Shown: positions 35,683 to 45,338 of the stretch, piece by piece
How positions within the stretch are numbered: position 1 is the first letter of the stretch
Layout of the letters: the number at the start of each line of letters is the position of its first letter
NCBI GenBank assembly: GCA_031268035.1
Contig: JAIRXW010000025.1
Coordinates: forward strand, 3,452 to 67,451
Reading direction: 5' to 3'
Source: Rickettsiales bacterium
GTDB lineage: Bacteria; Pseudomonadota; Alphaproteobacteria; Rickettsiales; UBA1997
Length of the DNA stretch: 64,000 nt
The notes under the pieces: generated by a model
Databases searched by the model: none
What the model was told of the DNA's origin: nothing
Seen by the model: only the letters and a program-made list of their open reading frames with translations
Program-made: the position numbers and the translations under genes

Positions 35683-36072
35683 ATGAATCATTCGGTGTCT
35701 CAGTTGGTTACCTCTCTAAAGAACGGGCAGATGGCTAAAAAGGAAAGAGTTGTTACGCCTAGTTCTAAATTAAAGCTAAGTATCCTGAAAATTCTGAAGG
35801 AGGATGGTTTTATCAAGGACTATAGAACCAGTAACAATGGGAGCTTTGATTCTATAGAGGTCGTGCTGGCCTATAATGGCCTGCAGTCGGTCATAAGGGA
35901 GATAAAGGTGATTTCTAAGCCCGGTAGGAGAGTATATTCTAGCGTGGAAAATATCCCCATAGTGCACAATGGTCTAGGTGTCATCCTTCTTTCGACTCCG
36001 ATGGGCATTATGACGGACTACGATGCTAGGCGCCTGAAGGTGGGCGGCGAGCTTTTACTAAAGATATTTTGA
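35683..36072 (+). CDS. rpsH: 30S ribosomal protein S8
   Basis: Position in the operon and the pattern L.I..ILK.EGFI.DY........ISKPG.R.Y......P.V.NGLG...LST..G. Confidence 0.95.
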   Translation: MNHSVSQLVTSLKNGQMAKKERVVTPSSKLKLSILKILKEDGFIKDYRTSNNGSFDSIEVVLAYNGLQSVIREIKVISKPGRRVYSSVENIPIVHNGLGVILLSTPMGIMTDYDARRLKVGGELLLKIF

Positions 36073-36081
36073 TGAGGTTCT

Positions 36082-36618
36082 GTGACCAGTAGAGTAGGAA
36101 AATTACCGATAAAGATTCCAGAGGATATAGTGATCGATATGGGTGAGACCACTGTGACTTTTAGAAAGAAAAATAAGGTGAAGGTCTATGATTTTGGTAG
36201 GAGAGTTAGTGTATCATTTGAAAATAACCAGTTGCTTGTGAGGGAAAAGGAGAACGATGCTGACAGTGTTGTTTTTTCCGGTCTTCACAGGAGTAACATT
36301 AGTAATTTAGTCAAAGGACTCTCTGATGGATTTAAAGTTATTTTGGAATATAATGGCGTAGGCTATAGGGCTGTGGTGGTTGGAAATATGTTGGTTCTTG
36401 GGCTAGGCTATAGCCATGACATATTTGTGAAAATTCCGAGTGACCTGGTGGTTACTCCCGATAAGCCAAATTTAATAGTTATAGAGGGTGATGATAGGGA
36501 GGCTATAGGTAATTTTGCCTCTAGAATTATTTCTCTGAGAACTGTCGAGCCCTATAAGGGAAAAGGTATCAAATATAAGGGTCAGGAGATTCTTAGGAAA
36601 GAGGGTAAGAAAAAATAG
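36082..36618 (+). CDS. rplF: 50S ribosomal protein L6
   Basis: SRVGKLPIKIP......  .......G..Y.A.....L.L.LGYSH......P....EPYKGKGI+Y. Confidence 0.95.
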   Translation: MTSRVGKLPIKIPEDIVIDMGETTVTFRKKNKVKVYDFGRRVSVSFENNQLLVREKENDADSVVFSGLHRSNISNLVKGLSDGFKVILEYNGVGYRAVVVGNMLVLGLGYSHDIFVKIPSDLVVTPDKPNLIVIEGDDREAIGNFASRIISLRTVEPYKGKGIKYKGQEILRKEGKKK

Positions 36619-36627
36619 GTTATTCAT

Positions 36628-36984
36628 ATGAAGAAAGAATTACTAGAGAGAAGAAAATTTAGGAATATTTACAGAATCAGAAAGAACAACAGAGAGGGCA
36701 GGCCGGTGCTGAGTGTTTTCAGAAGCAACAAGCACATGTATGCCCAAATTATAGATTCTGAAGGCAGGGTTCTAGTCTGTGCTTCCTCTAAAATGCCGTC
36801 GCTGGCAGATACCGTGAAGGGCAAGAGTGGAATTGGAATTGCGGGGCTGGTCGGTGAAAAATTGGCGGAGAATGCGAGTAAAATCGGCCTAGCTAGAGTA
36901 GTTTTTAACAAGGGACCGTATCTGTATGCCGGTAGGCTAAAGTCTTTAGCAGAAGCGGCTAGAAAGGGCGGTCTAGATTTTTAG
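36628..36984 (+). CDS. rplR: 50S ribosomal protein L18
   Basis: [21 protein letters not shown]...  ...F..G.Y.Y.GR.K.LA.AAR..GL.F. Confidence 0.95.
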   Translation: MKKELLERRKFRNIYRIRKNNREGRPVLSVFRSNKHMYAQIIDSEGRVLVCASSKMPSLADTVKGKSGIGIAGLVGEKLAENASKIGLARVVFNKGPYLYAGRLKSLAEAARKGGLDF

Positions 36985-36985
36985 T

Positions 36986-37786
36986 TTGAATATAAACGGA
37001 GAAGATATGTATAAGAACAATAGAGAAACCACAGATTTAACAGAGAGATTGATTTGCATTGGTAAGGTATCCAAGACTACGACCGGAGGTAGAAGATTAG
37101 CCTTTGCGGCGCTGGTGGTTGTGGGAGATGGTAAGGGCAGGGTTGGATTTGGAACTGGTAAGGCCAAAGAGGTTGGAGATGCTAGGAACAAGGCCCTAGA
37201 AAATGCTAAGAGATCCATGATTAGAGTTCCTCTGAAGGAGGGAAGAACGATACACCACGACTGCGAAGGAAAATTTGGCTGTGGCCATGTTCTTCTGAGA
37301 CCGGCTGCTGCTGGTACGGGAATTATTTCGGGAGGCCCAATGAGATCTATATTTGAATGCCTTGGTGTGCAGGATGTTGTCTCTAAGTCTCTGGGAACTA
37401 ATAATTCCTACGGAATGGTTTTGGCAACCTTTGAGGCTCTTAAGGGTATGAATTCCCCTAGAAATGTTGCCGACAGAAGGCTGAAACACGTGAGTGAGAT
37501 TATCAGAAGAAGAAATATGGTGGTGGCGAGGGAGGTCTCTGAGACGGCAGATCAGATGGCTGGTGAATCCATCGGTGAGGATTATCTAGAAAAGGAGCAT
37601 GATGAAGCTGCTGATGAAATGATTGGCCAGGGGGACTATGGTCAAAAATATATCGAAGTGGCCACTGGTGAAATTAATACCTCTGCGATTTCGGTCGAGG
37701 GTAATTTCGAAAGTGCCGCTGAAGCATGTTCGACTGGCGGCGGAGAAATTGCCGGCGGTGAAAGTTATGATGGTAATAGGCTATGA
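36986..37786 (+). CDS. rpsE: 30S ribosomal protein S5 with ~95-aa acidic C-terminal extension
   Basis: The core is V.KT..GGR...F.ALVVVGD.KGRVGFG.GKA.EV..A..KA...A.......  ....H. After ~residue 171 an Asp/Glu/Gly-rich tail follows that is not normally part of S5. Confidence 0.9.
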   Translation: MNINGEDMYKNNRETTDLTERLICIGKVSKTTTGGRRLAFAALVVVGDGKGRVGFGTGKAKEVGDARNKALENAKRSMIRVPLKEGRTIHHDCEGKFGCGHVLLRPAAAGTGIISGGPMRSIFECLGVQDVVSKSLGTNNSYGMVLATFEALKGMNSPRNVADRRLKHVSEIIRRRNMVVAREVSETADQMAGESIGEDYLEKEHDEAADEMIGQGDYGQKYIEVATGEINTSAISVEGNFESAAEACSTGGGEIAGGESYDGNRL

Positions 37787-38010
37787 CACTAGGAAAATTT
37801 AGTTTGCAGTTATTTGAGCAGCTTGAGGGTAGGACCATTCTAGTTGAACAAATCGGGGGGGAACCTGGTCTAACCCAGCGCCAGAGAGGAACTTTGAAGG
37901 GTCTTGGCCTTAGAAATAGGGGCGCGAGTTCGGAGATCGTATGCACTAGAGATATTTATGGTATGCTACTGAAAGTATCTCATGTGATTAGGGTTGTTAT
38001 TTTAAAATAG
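37783..38010 (+). CDS. rpmD: 50S ribosomal protein L30
   Basis: [26 protein letters not shown]......V....IYGML.KV.H.I. ATGA overlap with the rpsE stop. Confidence 0.85.
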   Translation: MTLGKFSLQLFEQLEGRTILVEQIGGEPGLTQRQRGTLKGLGLRNRGASSEIVCTRDIYGMLLKVSHVIRVVILK

Positions 38011-38019
38011 GAAATATAT

Positions 38020-38442
38020 ATGAGGTTAAATGAACTACCCGAAATTGCCAATAGAAGTAAGAAGAGGGTCGGCAGAGGCATCGGGTCTGGTAAAGGCAAA
38101 ACCTCTGGCAGAGGCCATAAGGGCCAAAAAGCTAGAAACGGTGCAAATATAAAGGGCTTCGAGGGAGGACAGGCGCCTATATACAAGAGATTACCCCATA
38201 AGGGTTTTACTAATGTTTTTAGAAAACACTTCAGAGTATTAACTTCGGATAATATTTTGGATCTTGTGGTGGGCGCTAATTTAGGTGCAGATGCGCTCAT
38301 AACAAAGAAGATTCTGCTTGAAAGGGGGGTTGCTAAAAAAGATGAGAAGATTAAGCTTATTGCTGGTAAAAGACCAATAGGTGTAAATTTCAGACTGGAG
38401 GCGGACAAGGCCTCGGAAAGTATGCAAAAATATTTGAAATAA
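38020..38442 (+). CDS. rplO: 50S ribosomal protein L15
   Basis: MRLNEL......[27 protein letters not shown]......FEGGQ.P.YKRLPK.GF. Confidence 0.95.
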   Translation: MRLNELPEIANRSKKRVGRGIGSGKGKTSGRGHKGQKARNGANIKGFEGGQAPIYKRLPHKGFTNVFRKHFRVLTSDNILDLVVGANLGADALITKKILLERGVAKKDEKIKLIAGKRPIGVNFRLEADKASESMQKYLK

Positions 38443-38455
38443 ATATAGCTTAGAA

Positions 38456-39709
38456 ATGAATTCTGAACTTAGAGGTAGAATAGTTTTCACATTGTCAATC
38501 CTGATTCTCTATAGGGTTGGTACATTTATTCCCTTGCCGGGCATAAATGGTAAGATAGTTGGGGATTTTTTCAGTAAAAGTACCAACTCAATACTGACGG
38601 CAATAAACACGTTTTCCGGAGGCGCTTTCCAGAGAATGAGTATTTTTGCTCTGAGCATAATGCCCTATATAACAGCTTCCATAATAATTCAGCTGCTAAC
38701 TTCTATGTATAAGAGCTTAGAAGACCTAAGAAAAGAGGGCGAACTCGGCAGAAAAAAGTTGAATCAGTATACAAAATATCTAGCGCTTATTCTGGGTTGT
38801 TTCCAGTCCATAGGCATATACTATGGCTTTTCAAATATGGAGAATTCAGCATTTTTGAGTACCTCAAAGGTGTTTCTATTCACCACAGTCTTTACTCTGC
38901 TGGGCAGCACAATGTTTCTAATGTGGCTGGGAGATAAGATAACGAATCAGGGTATAGGCAACGGGATTTCTCTGATAACAACCACCAGTATCATAGCTGA
39001 GCTGCCAGGCAGTATGCTGAAAATAATACAAATTGCAAAATCAACTAGATATTCTGTTGGCCTGCTTATATTTCTATTTCTGATTTTTTTAACTGTTTTC
39101 ATAGTGTATATGGAAAAAGCTATGAGAAATGTGAAAATACAGTATCCCAATAGGAGTTTGGCTAGAATAAAAAACGATGATTCCTACATACCTTTAAAAA
39201 TAAATGTATCGGGAGTTATTCCTCCGATATTCGCGAGTTCTGTGCTCATGTTCCCTCTGGGTATACTGCAGTTTTTTAAGCCGGCGCTGGCCATGAGACT
39301 GTCTTCCTATGTGCAGAAGGGTGGGCTCCTGTATTCGCTGATATTTACGGTGACCGTTGTGTTTTTTTCTTTTTTCTATTCGGAAATAGTTTTCAACACA
39401 GATGAGTTGGCCGATAATCTAAAAAAAGGCAATTGTTTTATACCGGGGATCAGACCCGGCAAAAATACGGCGGATTATTTTAATGTGATAGTGTCGAAAC
39501 TGACAGCCATCGGTTCTGTGTATCTGGTGCTTGTCTGTGTTATACCGGATATAATTTTTAGAAAACAGTCTGTTGTTGTTTCCATCGGGGGCACAAGCTT
39601 ACTAATTGTTATTAACACTGTTATCGAGCTAATAACTCAATTTCAAGCTTTTATCTTTTCTGAAAGATACGGCAATGTTAGCAAAAAACGAAAAATGTTA
39701 GTTAGGTAA
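38456..39709 (+). CDS. secY: preprotein translocase subunit SecY
   Basis: Ten hydrophobic segments, IF.LSIMPYITASII.QLL and GNGISLI, after rplO. Confidence 0.95.
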   Translation: MNSELRGRIVFTLSILILYRVGTFIPLPGINGKIVGDFFSKSTNSILTAINTFSGGAFQRMSIFALSIMPYITASIIIQLLTSMYKSLEDLRKEGELGRKKLNQYTKYLALILGCFQSIGIYYGFSNMENSAFLSTSKVFLFTTVFTLLGSTMFLMWLGDKITNQGIGNGISLITTTSIIAELPGSMLKIIQIAKSTRYSVGLLIFLFLIFLTVFIVYMEKAMRNVKIQYPNRSLARIKNDDSYIPLKINVSGVIPPIFASSVLMFPLGILQFFKPALAMRLSSYVQKGGLLYSLIFTVTVVFFSFFYSEIVFNTDELADNLKKGNCFIPGIRPGKNTADYFNVIVSKLTAIGSVYLVLVCVIPDIIFRKQSVVVSIGGTSLLIVINTVIELITQFQAFIFSERYGNVSKKRKMLVR

Positions 39710-39717
39710 AAATAGCC

Positions 39718-40401
39718 ATGTCTAAAATAGTTTTTATAGGGCCGGCCGGTTCAGGCAAGGGCACTCAAGGTCTTCTGACGAGTAAGTACTATAATATCCC
39801 CCTCATATCTACGGGTAATTTACTTCGTAAAAGAGTAAAGGATGGTGACGAGTTTGGTAGATATATAAATGATCTCATTAGTAAAGGAGTGTATGTTAGT
39901 AACGAGATTATTTTAAGTCTATTGGCAGAAAGGCTTGCTGCCGATGATTGTTTGAATGGTTTTATTCTTGATGGTTTCCCGAGAAATGTAGATCAGGCTG
40001 CGGCTCTGAAAAAGCATTTGGAGCCTCAGGATATAGATGCAGCTATAGTTCTAAATGTCCCGAGAAATATTCTTCTGGAAAGAATAACCGGTAGACATGA
40101 ATGCAATATCTGCGGCAGTGTCTATAACAAATTTACCTGTAAGCCAAAGATTGAAGGCGTCTGTGATGTCTGTGGCTCTAATGATATGCTAATGAGAGCT
40201 GATGATAATAACGATGAGGCTATTAATAGAAGGTTAGATTTTTATGATAGTATATCGGAGGCTCTAATTGACTACTATAGAGAAAGAAACTTGATTTATT
40301 TTATCGATGCCATAAAAGATATTAAAGAGGTGTTTGGGGATATTAGATTTGTGTTGGATAATTTAAATGTTGCTAATAAAGATTTGCGAGGCGATAATTG
40401 A
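39718..40401 (+). CDS. adk: adenylate kinase (zinc-lid type)
   Basis: GPAGSGKGTQ P-loop, ILDGFPR, and lid cysteines C..C ... C..C (CNICGSVY...CDVCGS). Confidence 0.95.
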   Translation: MSKIVFIGPAGSGKGTQGLLTSKYYNIPLISTGNLLRKRVKDGDEFGRYINDLISKGVYVSNEIILSLLAERLAADDCLNGFILDGFPRNVDQAAALKKHLEPQDIDAAIVLNVPRNILLERITGRHECNICGSVYNKFTCKPKIEGVCDVCGSNDMLMRADDNNDEAINRRLDFYDSISEALIDYYRERNLIYFIDAIKDIKEVFGDIRFVLDNLNVANKDLRGDN

Positions 40402-40793
40402 CTAGGATAGCTGGAGTAAATATACCTACAAATAAAAGATTCGTCATAGCGTTGACCTATATCTATGGTATAGGGAGGAGTAGGGCAGAGGACATATGTG
40501 ACGAACTAAAAATAGATAAGAAATTAAGAACCAGTGAAATCAAAGATGAGATTTTGGCTAGGGTCAGGGATCTTATAAATAAACAGGCTAGTGAGGATGA
40601 CGGCTCGAAGGTGGGTCTGGTCGAGGGGGATCTAAGAAGAAAGGTGCACTTCGATATAAAGAGGCTTATAGAATTGGGCTGCTATAGAGGTATTAGACAC
40701 GTGAAGAAATTGCCTGTTCGAGGTCAAAGAACGCATAATAACGCTAAGACAAAGCGTGGCAAAAGAGTTCCAATAGCAGCTAAGAAAAAATAG
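40398..40793 (+). CDS. rpsM: 30S ribosomal protein S13
   Basis: (M)[20 protein letters not shown]...A. TTG start overlapping the adk stop. Confidence 0.95.
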   Translation: MTRIAGVNIPTNKRFVIALTYIYGIGRSRAEDICDELKIDKKLRTSEIKDEILARVRDLINKQASEDDGSKVGLVEGDLRRKVHFDIKRLIELGCYRGIRHVKKLPVRGQRTHNNAKTKRGKRVPIAAKKK

Positions 40794-40806
40794 GAGAGAT
40801 ATTCAT

Positions 40807-41229
40807 ATGGCGCGCAAACAGGAGAGTACGGGTAAGATAAAAGAGAAAAAGGTGGGGTTGTCCCACAGTAAGAAAAGAAGAAATATAGTTGTGGGGGTGA
40901 TAAACGTTATGTCCACATTTAATAATACTATTGTTTCGATAGCCGATACACAGGGTAACATTGTTGCCTGGGCTTCCTCCGGTAAGATGGGCTTCAAGGG
41001 GTCGAGAAAATCAACTCCCTATGCGGCTCAGGTTGTGATGACCGGGGCAATAGAGAAGGCGAAAGAATTCGGTCTTCAGACGGCCAATGTTGTGGTTAGA
41101 GGTGCTGGTTCCGGTAGGGAATCTGCTCTTAGGGCTCTTCAGGGAAGTGGTATTTCCGTTATAGCAATAACAGATGGTACCTACTATCCGCATAATGGCT
41201 GTAGACCTCCAAAAAGAAGAAGGATGTGA
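40807..41229 (+). CDS. rpsK: 30S ribosomal protein S11
   Basis: ...[13 protein letters not shown]...[17 protein letters not shown].....  ..I.D.T...[10 protein letters not shown]. Confidence 0.95.
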   Translation: MARKQESTGKIKEKKVGLSHSKKRRNIVVGVINVMSTFNNTIVSIADTQGNIVAWASSGKMGFKGSRKSTPYAAQVVMTGAIEKAKEFGLQTANVVVRGAGSGRESALRALQGSGISVIAITDGTYYPHNGCRPPKRRRM

Positions 41230-41256
41230 TTATATTTTAAAAAAGGAAGTTGGTAT

Positions 41257-42309
41257 ATGGCTGTTTTGCAGGAAAATTGGAAGGGTTTGATAATGCCAAA
41301 TTTGCCTACGGTAGAGGAGGCGATTGGTGGAGATAAAAATAGAGCCATCATTGTGTTGGAACCTCTGGAAAGGGGCTATGGCATAACCCTGGGAAATTCT
41401 CTGAGAAGAGTTCTTTTGTCCTCCCTGAGGGGTTTTGCTATCACTTCTATTAGGATAGATAGTGTGTTGCATGAATATAGTGTGATAGATGGCATAAGGG
41501 AAGATGTGACGGACATGGTGATGAATATAAAATCGCTTATTTTAAACAAACCCACCCCCACTCCGACAACGTTGAAGTTAAAATTAAATAAAAAGGGGCC
41601 CATCTATGCAAAGAATATCGTCCTTAGCAATGGCGTTGAAATTTTAAATCCTGAGTTAGTTATTTGTCATATTGAGGATAACAAGGTGAATTTAAATGTG
41701 GAAATGACGGTGGAGTATGGTGCGGGTTATTCTATGGCCGAAACAAATGAGAAAAATTCTAGAGAAGTTTCCATGATATATCTGGATGCCATGTTCAATC
41801 CAGTTAGGAAAGTTGCCTATACCGTGGAAAATACAAGGGTGGGGCAGCAGACAGATTACGATAGATTGATTCTTGATGTTGAAACCAACGGGACCGTGGG
41901 GCCAGAGGCGGCTGTTAAGATAGCGGCAAAAATTTTACAGACTCAGCTTGGAGTTTTCCTGGAACTTAGTTTCGGCAGTGAGTTTAGTAAGGCGGATCAA
42001 GATAGTAATGGTGTTGGCGTTAGTTCTAATAACCTAGAGTCCTATTTGAATAGAAAAATCGACGAAATGGAGCTGACCGTGAGATCCTATAATTGTCTTA
42101 TAGGGGAAGGGATCAGGTATATAGGAGATCTAGTCAAAAAGAGTGAAACTGATATGCTTAAACTGCCAAATTTTGGTAAAAAATCTTTGAATGAGCTGAA
42201 AGAAAATCTTAAATCTATAGGTCTTAGCTTTGACATGAAGATTGATAAAGATTGGGCCCCACAGGACGACAGTGCGGTTACCCACAGGAAAAAAGAAAAA
42301 AAAAATTAA
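41257..42309 (+). CDS. rpoA: DNA-directed RNA polymerase alpha subunit
   Basis: LEPLERGYG.TLGN.LRR.LLSS..G.A and C-terminal domain L.LTVRSYNCL....I.YIGDLV. Confidence 0.95.
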   Translation: MAVLQENWKGLIMPNLPTVEEAIGGDKNRAIIVLEPLERGYGITLGNSLRRVLLSSLRGFAITSIRIDSVLHEYSVIDGIREDVTDMVMNIKSLILNKPTPTPTTLKLKLNKKGPIYAKNIVLSNGVEILNPELVICHIEDNKVNLNVEMTVEYGAGYSMAETNEKNSREVSMIYLDAMFNPVRKVAYTVENTRVGQQTDYDRLILDVETNGTVGPEAAVKIAAKILQTQLGVFLELSFGSEFSKADQDSNGVGVSSNNLESYLNRKIDEMELTVRSYNCLIGEGIRYIGDLVKKSETDMLKLPNFGKKSLNELKENLKSIGLSFDMKIDKDWAPQDDSAVTHRKKEKKN

Positions 42310-42340
42310 AGCATGATTAACTAATTGTATCGGAGTAGTT

Positions 42341-42694
42341 ATGAGACATAGGCTAGTTCATAGAAAACTTAATAGAACGAGTTCCCATAGAAAGGCGATG
42401 TTGGCAAATATGGCAAGTTCCCTCATAGAATTTAGTCAAATAAAGACCACTTTACCTAAGGCTAAGGAACTGAGGCCATTTGTAGAAAAAATAATCACCA
42501 TTGGGAAGGAGGATACTCTGGGTAACAGGAGATTGACTATGTCAATTCTTGGTAATAGAAATGCTGTTATTAAATTGTTTGATGTACTTTCTAAACAATT
42601 CGCCAACAGAAATGGTGGCTATAGTAGAATAATAAAGTGTGGCTTCAGAATGGGAGATAATGCTCCCATGGCGATAGTTGAATTTGTTGAATAG
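42341..42694 (+). CDS. rplQ: 50S ribosomal protein L17
   Basis: MRHR...RKLNRTS.HRKAML.NM..SLI....I.TT..KAKELR...E. Confidence 0.95.
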   Translation: MRHRLVHRKLNRTSSHRKAMLANMASSLIEFSQIKTTLPKAKELRPFVEKIITIGKEDTLGNRRLTMSILGNRNAVIKLFDVLSKQFANRNGGYSRIIKCGFRMGDNAPMAIVEFVE

Positions 42695-42703
42695 GAGAAA
42701 TCT

Positions 42704-43078
42704 ATGTCGAATTTTTTGGAAGAATTTAATATAAAGCAGGTTAGGGATTCTGCTAAAAGCTTCCCGGACTATGGACCCGGAGATCAGGTGAAGGTTAGCT
42801 GCAGAATAATTGATGTTGACTCCAGTAGAATACAGATATTTGAAGGCATTGTGATCTCTAGAGAGAGGGACAGGAGAAACTTTAATAGCACTTTTACGGT
42901 TCGCAAGATTAGCCATGGTATTGGTGTAGAAAGAAAATTTTCGCTCTATTCGCCCATGGTTGAAAAGATAGAGATAGTTAAAAAGGGTATTGTTAGAAGA
43001 AGTAAGCTCTATTATCTGCGGAAATTAAGAGGCAAGTCGGCAAGAATAAAAAACGAGACCAATAGTCCAAAACAGTAG
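42704..43078 (+). CDS. rplS: 50S ribosomal protein L19
   Basis: ...F..GD.V.V...I.......RIQ.FEG.VI.R.......TFTVRKIS.G.GVER.F.L.SP.....I...G.VRR.KLYYLR.  It starts 9 nt after rplQ. Confidence 0.9.
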   Translation: MSNFLEEFNIKQVRDSAKSFPDYGPGDQVKVSCRIIDVDSSRIQIFEGIVISRERDRRNFNSTFTVRKISHGIGVERKFSLYSPMVEKIEIVKKGIVRRSKLYYLRKLRGKSARIKNETNSPKQ

Positions 43079-43236
43079 TCTGTTTGGTTGATACTATTGT
43101 CGGCATTGGATTGGGAAAGAGCCGCTGCCATTTTCTTATTTCTTTCCAGAATAATTAAACCTTTCTATTGAAAATTACTCAAAATAAATCAAAATCATCT
43201 CATTGAAAAAACTGACAGCGGGAGTCATATGCCTGT

Positions 43237-43794
43237 GTGTCCGATGTCAGCGGAGTGTTTAATGGTCTTAAAATTTATATAGCCATGTTTGCTGTTAGGT
43301 GTATTTTTTATTCATTGCTTTTGCTTTCTGGCCGAGAGGCGGTGGCCAGTGCTCTAATTTGTCCAGTTTGTACGGTCATGATTGCTTCGGGCCTGGGCCT
43401 GTCTAAGTTTTTTGGGGTTAGCAACTCTGTGGTGGCCATTTGGCTGGGAGCTTCGCTACTTGCGCTAGCCCAAATAAACATAAAACTTCTAGTTAAAGTA
43501 GGTGTAAAAAACATATATTCCACTGTTGTCAGCAATATTGCGACCTACTGTCTAGTTATACCGCTATATATCGGTGCCAACCCAATTCTGAGGTTTAATG
43601 AAAAAACAATTCTGGGCATTGACGAATTTTTGTTTTCCACTGTGTTTGGAATACTCACCCTTGCTCTGAGTCTAAAAATTTACTATAGAATGAAAGAGAA
43701 AAATGGGGGCCCGCATTTTCCCTTCGAAAAAATAGTTCTTCCCATGGGAAGTTTGGTGATCTGTAGCGTTCTGATGAATTATCTTGGGAGTTAG
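43237..43794 (+). CDS. small polytopic membrane protein with CPxC motif at a helix start
   Basis: Four or five hydrophobic helices and ALICPVCTVMIASGLGLS. The start is uncertain (GTG 43237 or ATG 43285). Confidence 0.5.
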   Translation: MSDVSGVFNGLKIYIAMFAVRCIFYSLLLLSGREAVASALICPVCTVMIASGLGLSKFFGVSNSVVAIWLGASLLALAQINIKLLVKVGVKNIYSTVVSNIATYCLVIPLYIGANPILRFNEKTILGIDEFLFSTVFGILTLALSLKIYYRMKEKNGGPHFPFEKIVLPMGSLVICSVLMNYLGS

Positions 43795-43798
43795 AGTA

Positions 43799-44431
43799 AT
43801 GAAAATAATAGACAATCTCAGTGATTTTATAGAAAAAATTGAACTTGCCAGAAAAACAAACAATCTGGATGTTTCTGCCGATGAGGATTTATCTATAGCC
43901 ATAATGAATCTCATATCCATAGAGGAGCATCTTTTTTTCAGTGGGGCGAAAACCCAGGACAATCATTTCTATGATCTGATAGAGGAAATAAGAGAATGCA
44001 GAAAAGAATTACTTGGAAAAATTATAAAATCCTATGGAGGAGAAGTTTGGTGTATCTCAAAACATCTACTAGCCGGCTGCATGAGACTAATGGAGACAGG
44101 CACTAAGCTATTACATTCCGAGAAAAAAGAAGAGGCCTATGATTTTTTTGGGAAGGCCTATAATCTATACTGTCTTTTTTGGGGTCTCAATCTAAATGTT
44201 TTCGAAGCAGAGACAACCGAAGAGTTAGTTGGTCTGGTGGACAGGGATACTGCCGATAGCATAGCTGGAGGTTCAGAAATAGCTCCCGATCAGCCTGTGG
44301 CCGAGGGAGAACATGGTTTTGTTCAGAATAGCTATCCGGAAAAGGAAAAAAAAGAAAAAAAGGAGAAAAGAGGTTTTGGGAAAATGCTAAAAGACTTCGT
44401 TGCGAAGGCAATAAATTGCTGCAGAGAATAG
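43799..44431 (+). CDS. hypothetical soluble protein
   Basis: ATG 43799 is preceded by ggag. The sequence looks helical, with a C-terminal Lys/Glu tail and ...CCRE. It overlaps the end of the preceding membrane-protein gene. Confidence 0.5.
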   Translation: MKIIDNLSDFIEKIELARKTNNLDVSADEDLSIAIMNLISIEEHLFFSGAKTQDNHFYDLIEEIRECRKELLGKIIKSYGGEVWCISKHLLAGCMRLMETGTKLLHSEKKEEAYDFFGKAYNLYCLFWGLNLNVFEAETTEELVGLVDRDTADSIAGGSEIAPDQPVAEGEHGFVQNSYPEKEKKEKKEKRGFGKMLKDFVAKAINCCRE

Positions 44432-44495
44432 GGTAAACGGTACTTCCGCTTTCGGATTCAGCGTGTTTATCTTAGTCAGGTGACACGGATTCATA

Positions 44496-45338
44496 ATGAA
44501 AAATATAGGTAGTGATCTGGCCAGGTCATTGGCAGCGAGCTCGGCAAATCTAATTAAATGTTTTAAAATCACCCTAAAAGATCACAGTGTTCTGGGATTT
44601 AGTGAGGGACCAGAGGATATCAGTGTAGATGAAATTTTATATAAATCCTGCTGTGGTTTTGAGGAAAAAAACCAAACTTCTTTTTCCGATATGACCAGTG
44701 GTGACAGTAATCTAGTGGCTATTTTAGACAATGTCGGAGTGGATAGGGAAGATATTATTGCGGGTAAATTTGATGGGGCTGCGATTGAGGTGTTTATGAC
44801 AGTTCGAGAGCACCCCGAATACGGAAAAATTGTGATCATCAGTGGTTTTGTGGGCTCTATAAAAATATACGGAGAAAAAATATATTTTAATATTGTTGGG
44901 GTTATGGGCGTTCTTGAGAAAACAATAGGAAATATATATTCACCTCTCTGCAGAGTTGGTTTCTGCAGCAAAAAATGTTCCCTGGATCTCCAGAGTTACA
45001 CTTTTACTGGGACTATATCTTCTCTGGTTAGCGAGACGGAATTCCACACGGACAGTGGAACAATATCGACAAAGGTGGAAGACTATTTCAAATATGGTCT
45101 GGTTAGATTTATAGATGGTCCTAGCGCTGGCAGCTCCATGGAGGTTAAACAGTCCTATGGAGGGAATATAGTTCTTGCTATGTCTGTGGCGAAGGGCATG
45201 GAAGTAGGCAATCAATTTACTGTGGTGGCCGGCTGCGACAAAAAATTCAGCAGTTGCATCGAAAGATTTCAAAATGCCATTAATTTTCGAGGTGAGCCAA
45301 ATTTGCCAAGAACCACTAAAGTATACAAGTTTTACTGA
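44496..45338 (+). CDS. GTA/phage tail hub protein homologue (DUF2163 + phage BR0599 domain; RcGTA g13-like)
   Basis: N-terminal ...L....A.L..CFKITLKD..VLGFS.....I..D...Y.... and C-terminal ...G.V.F..G...G....VK.......I.L........G..F....GCDK.F..C...F.N..NFRGEP..P. Both follow the DUF2163/BR0599 pattern. Confidence 0.65.
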   Translation: MKNIGSDLARSLAASSANLIKCFKITLKDHSVLGFSEGPEDISVDEILYKSCCGFEEKNQTSFSDMTSGDSNLVAILDNVGVDREDIIAGKFDGAAIEVFMTVREHPEYGKIVIISGFVGSIKIYGEKIYFNIVGVMGVLEKTIGNIYSPLCRVGFCSKKCSLDLQSYTFTGTISSLVSETEFHTDSGTISTKVEDYFKYGLVRFIDGPSAGSSMEVKQSYGGNIVLAMSVAKGMEVGNQFTVVAGCDKKFSSCIERFQNAINFRGEPNLPRTTKVYKFY

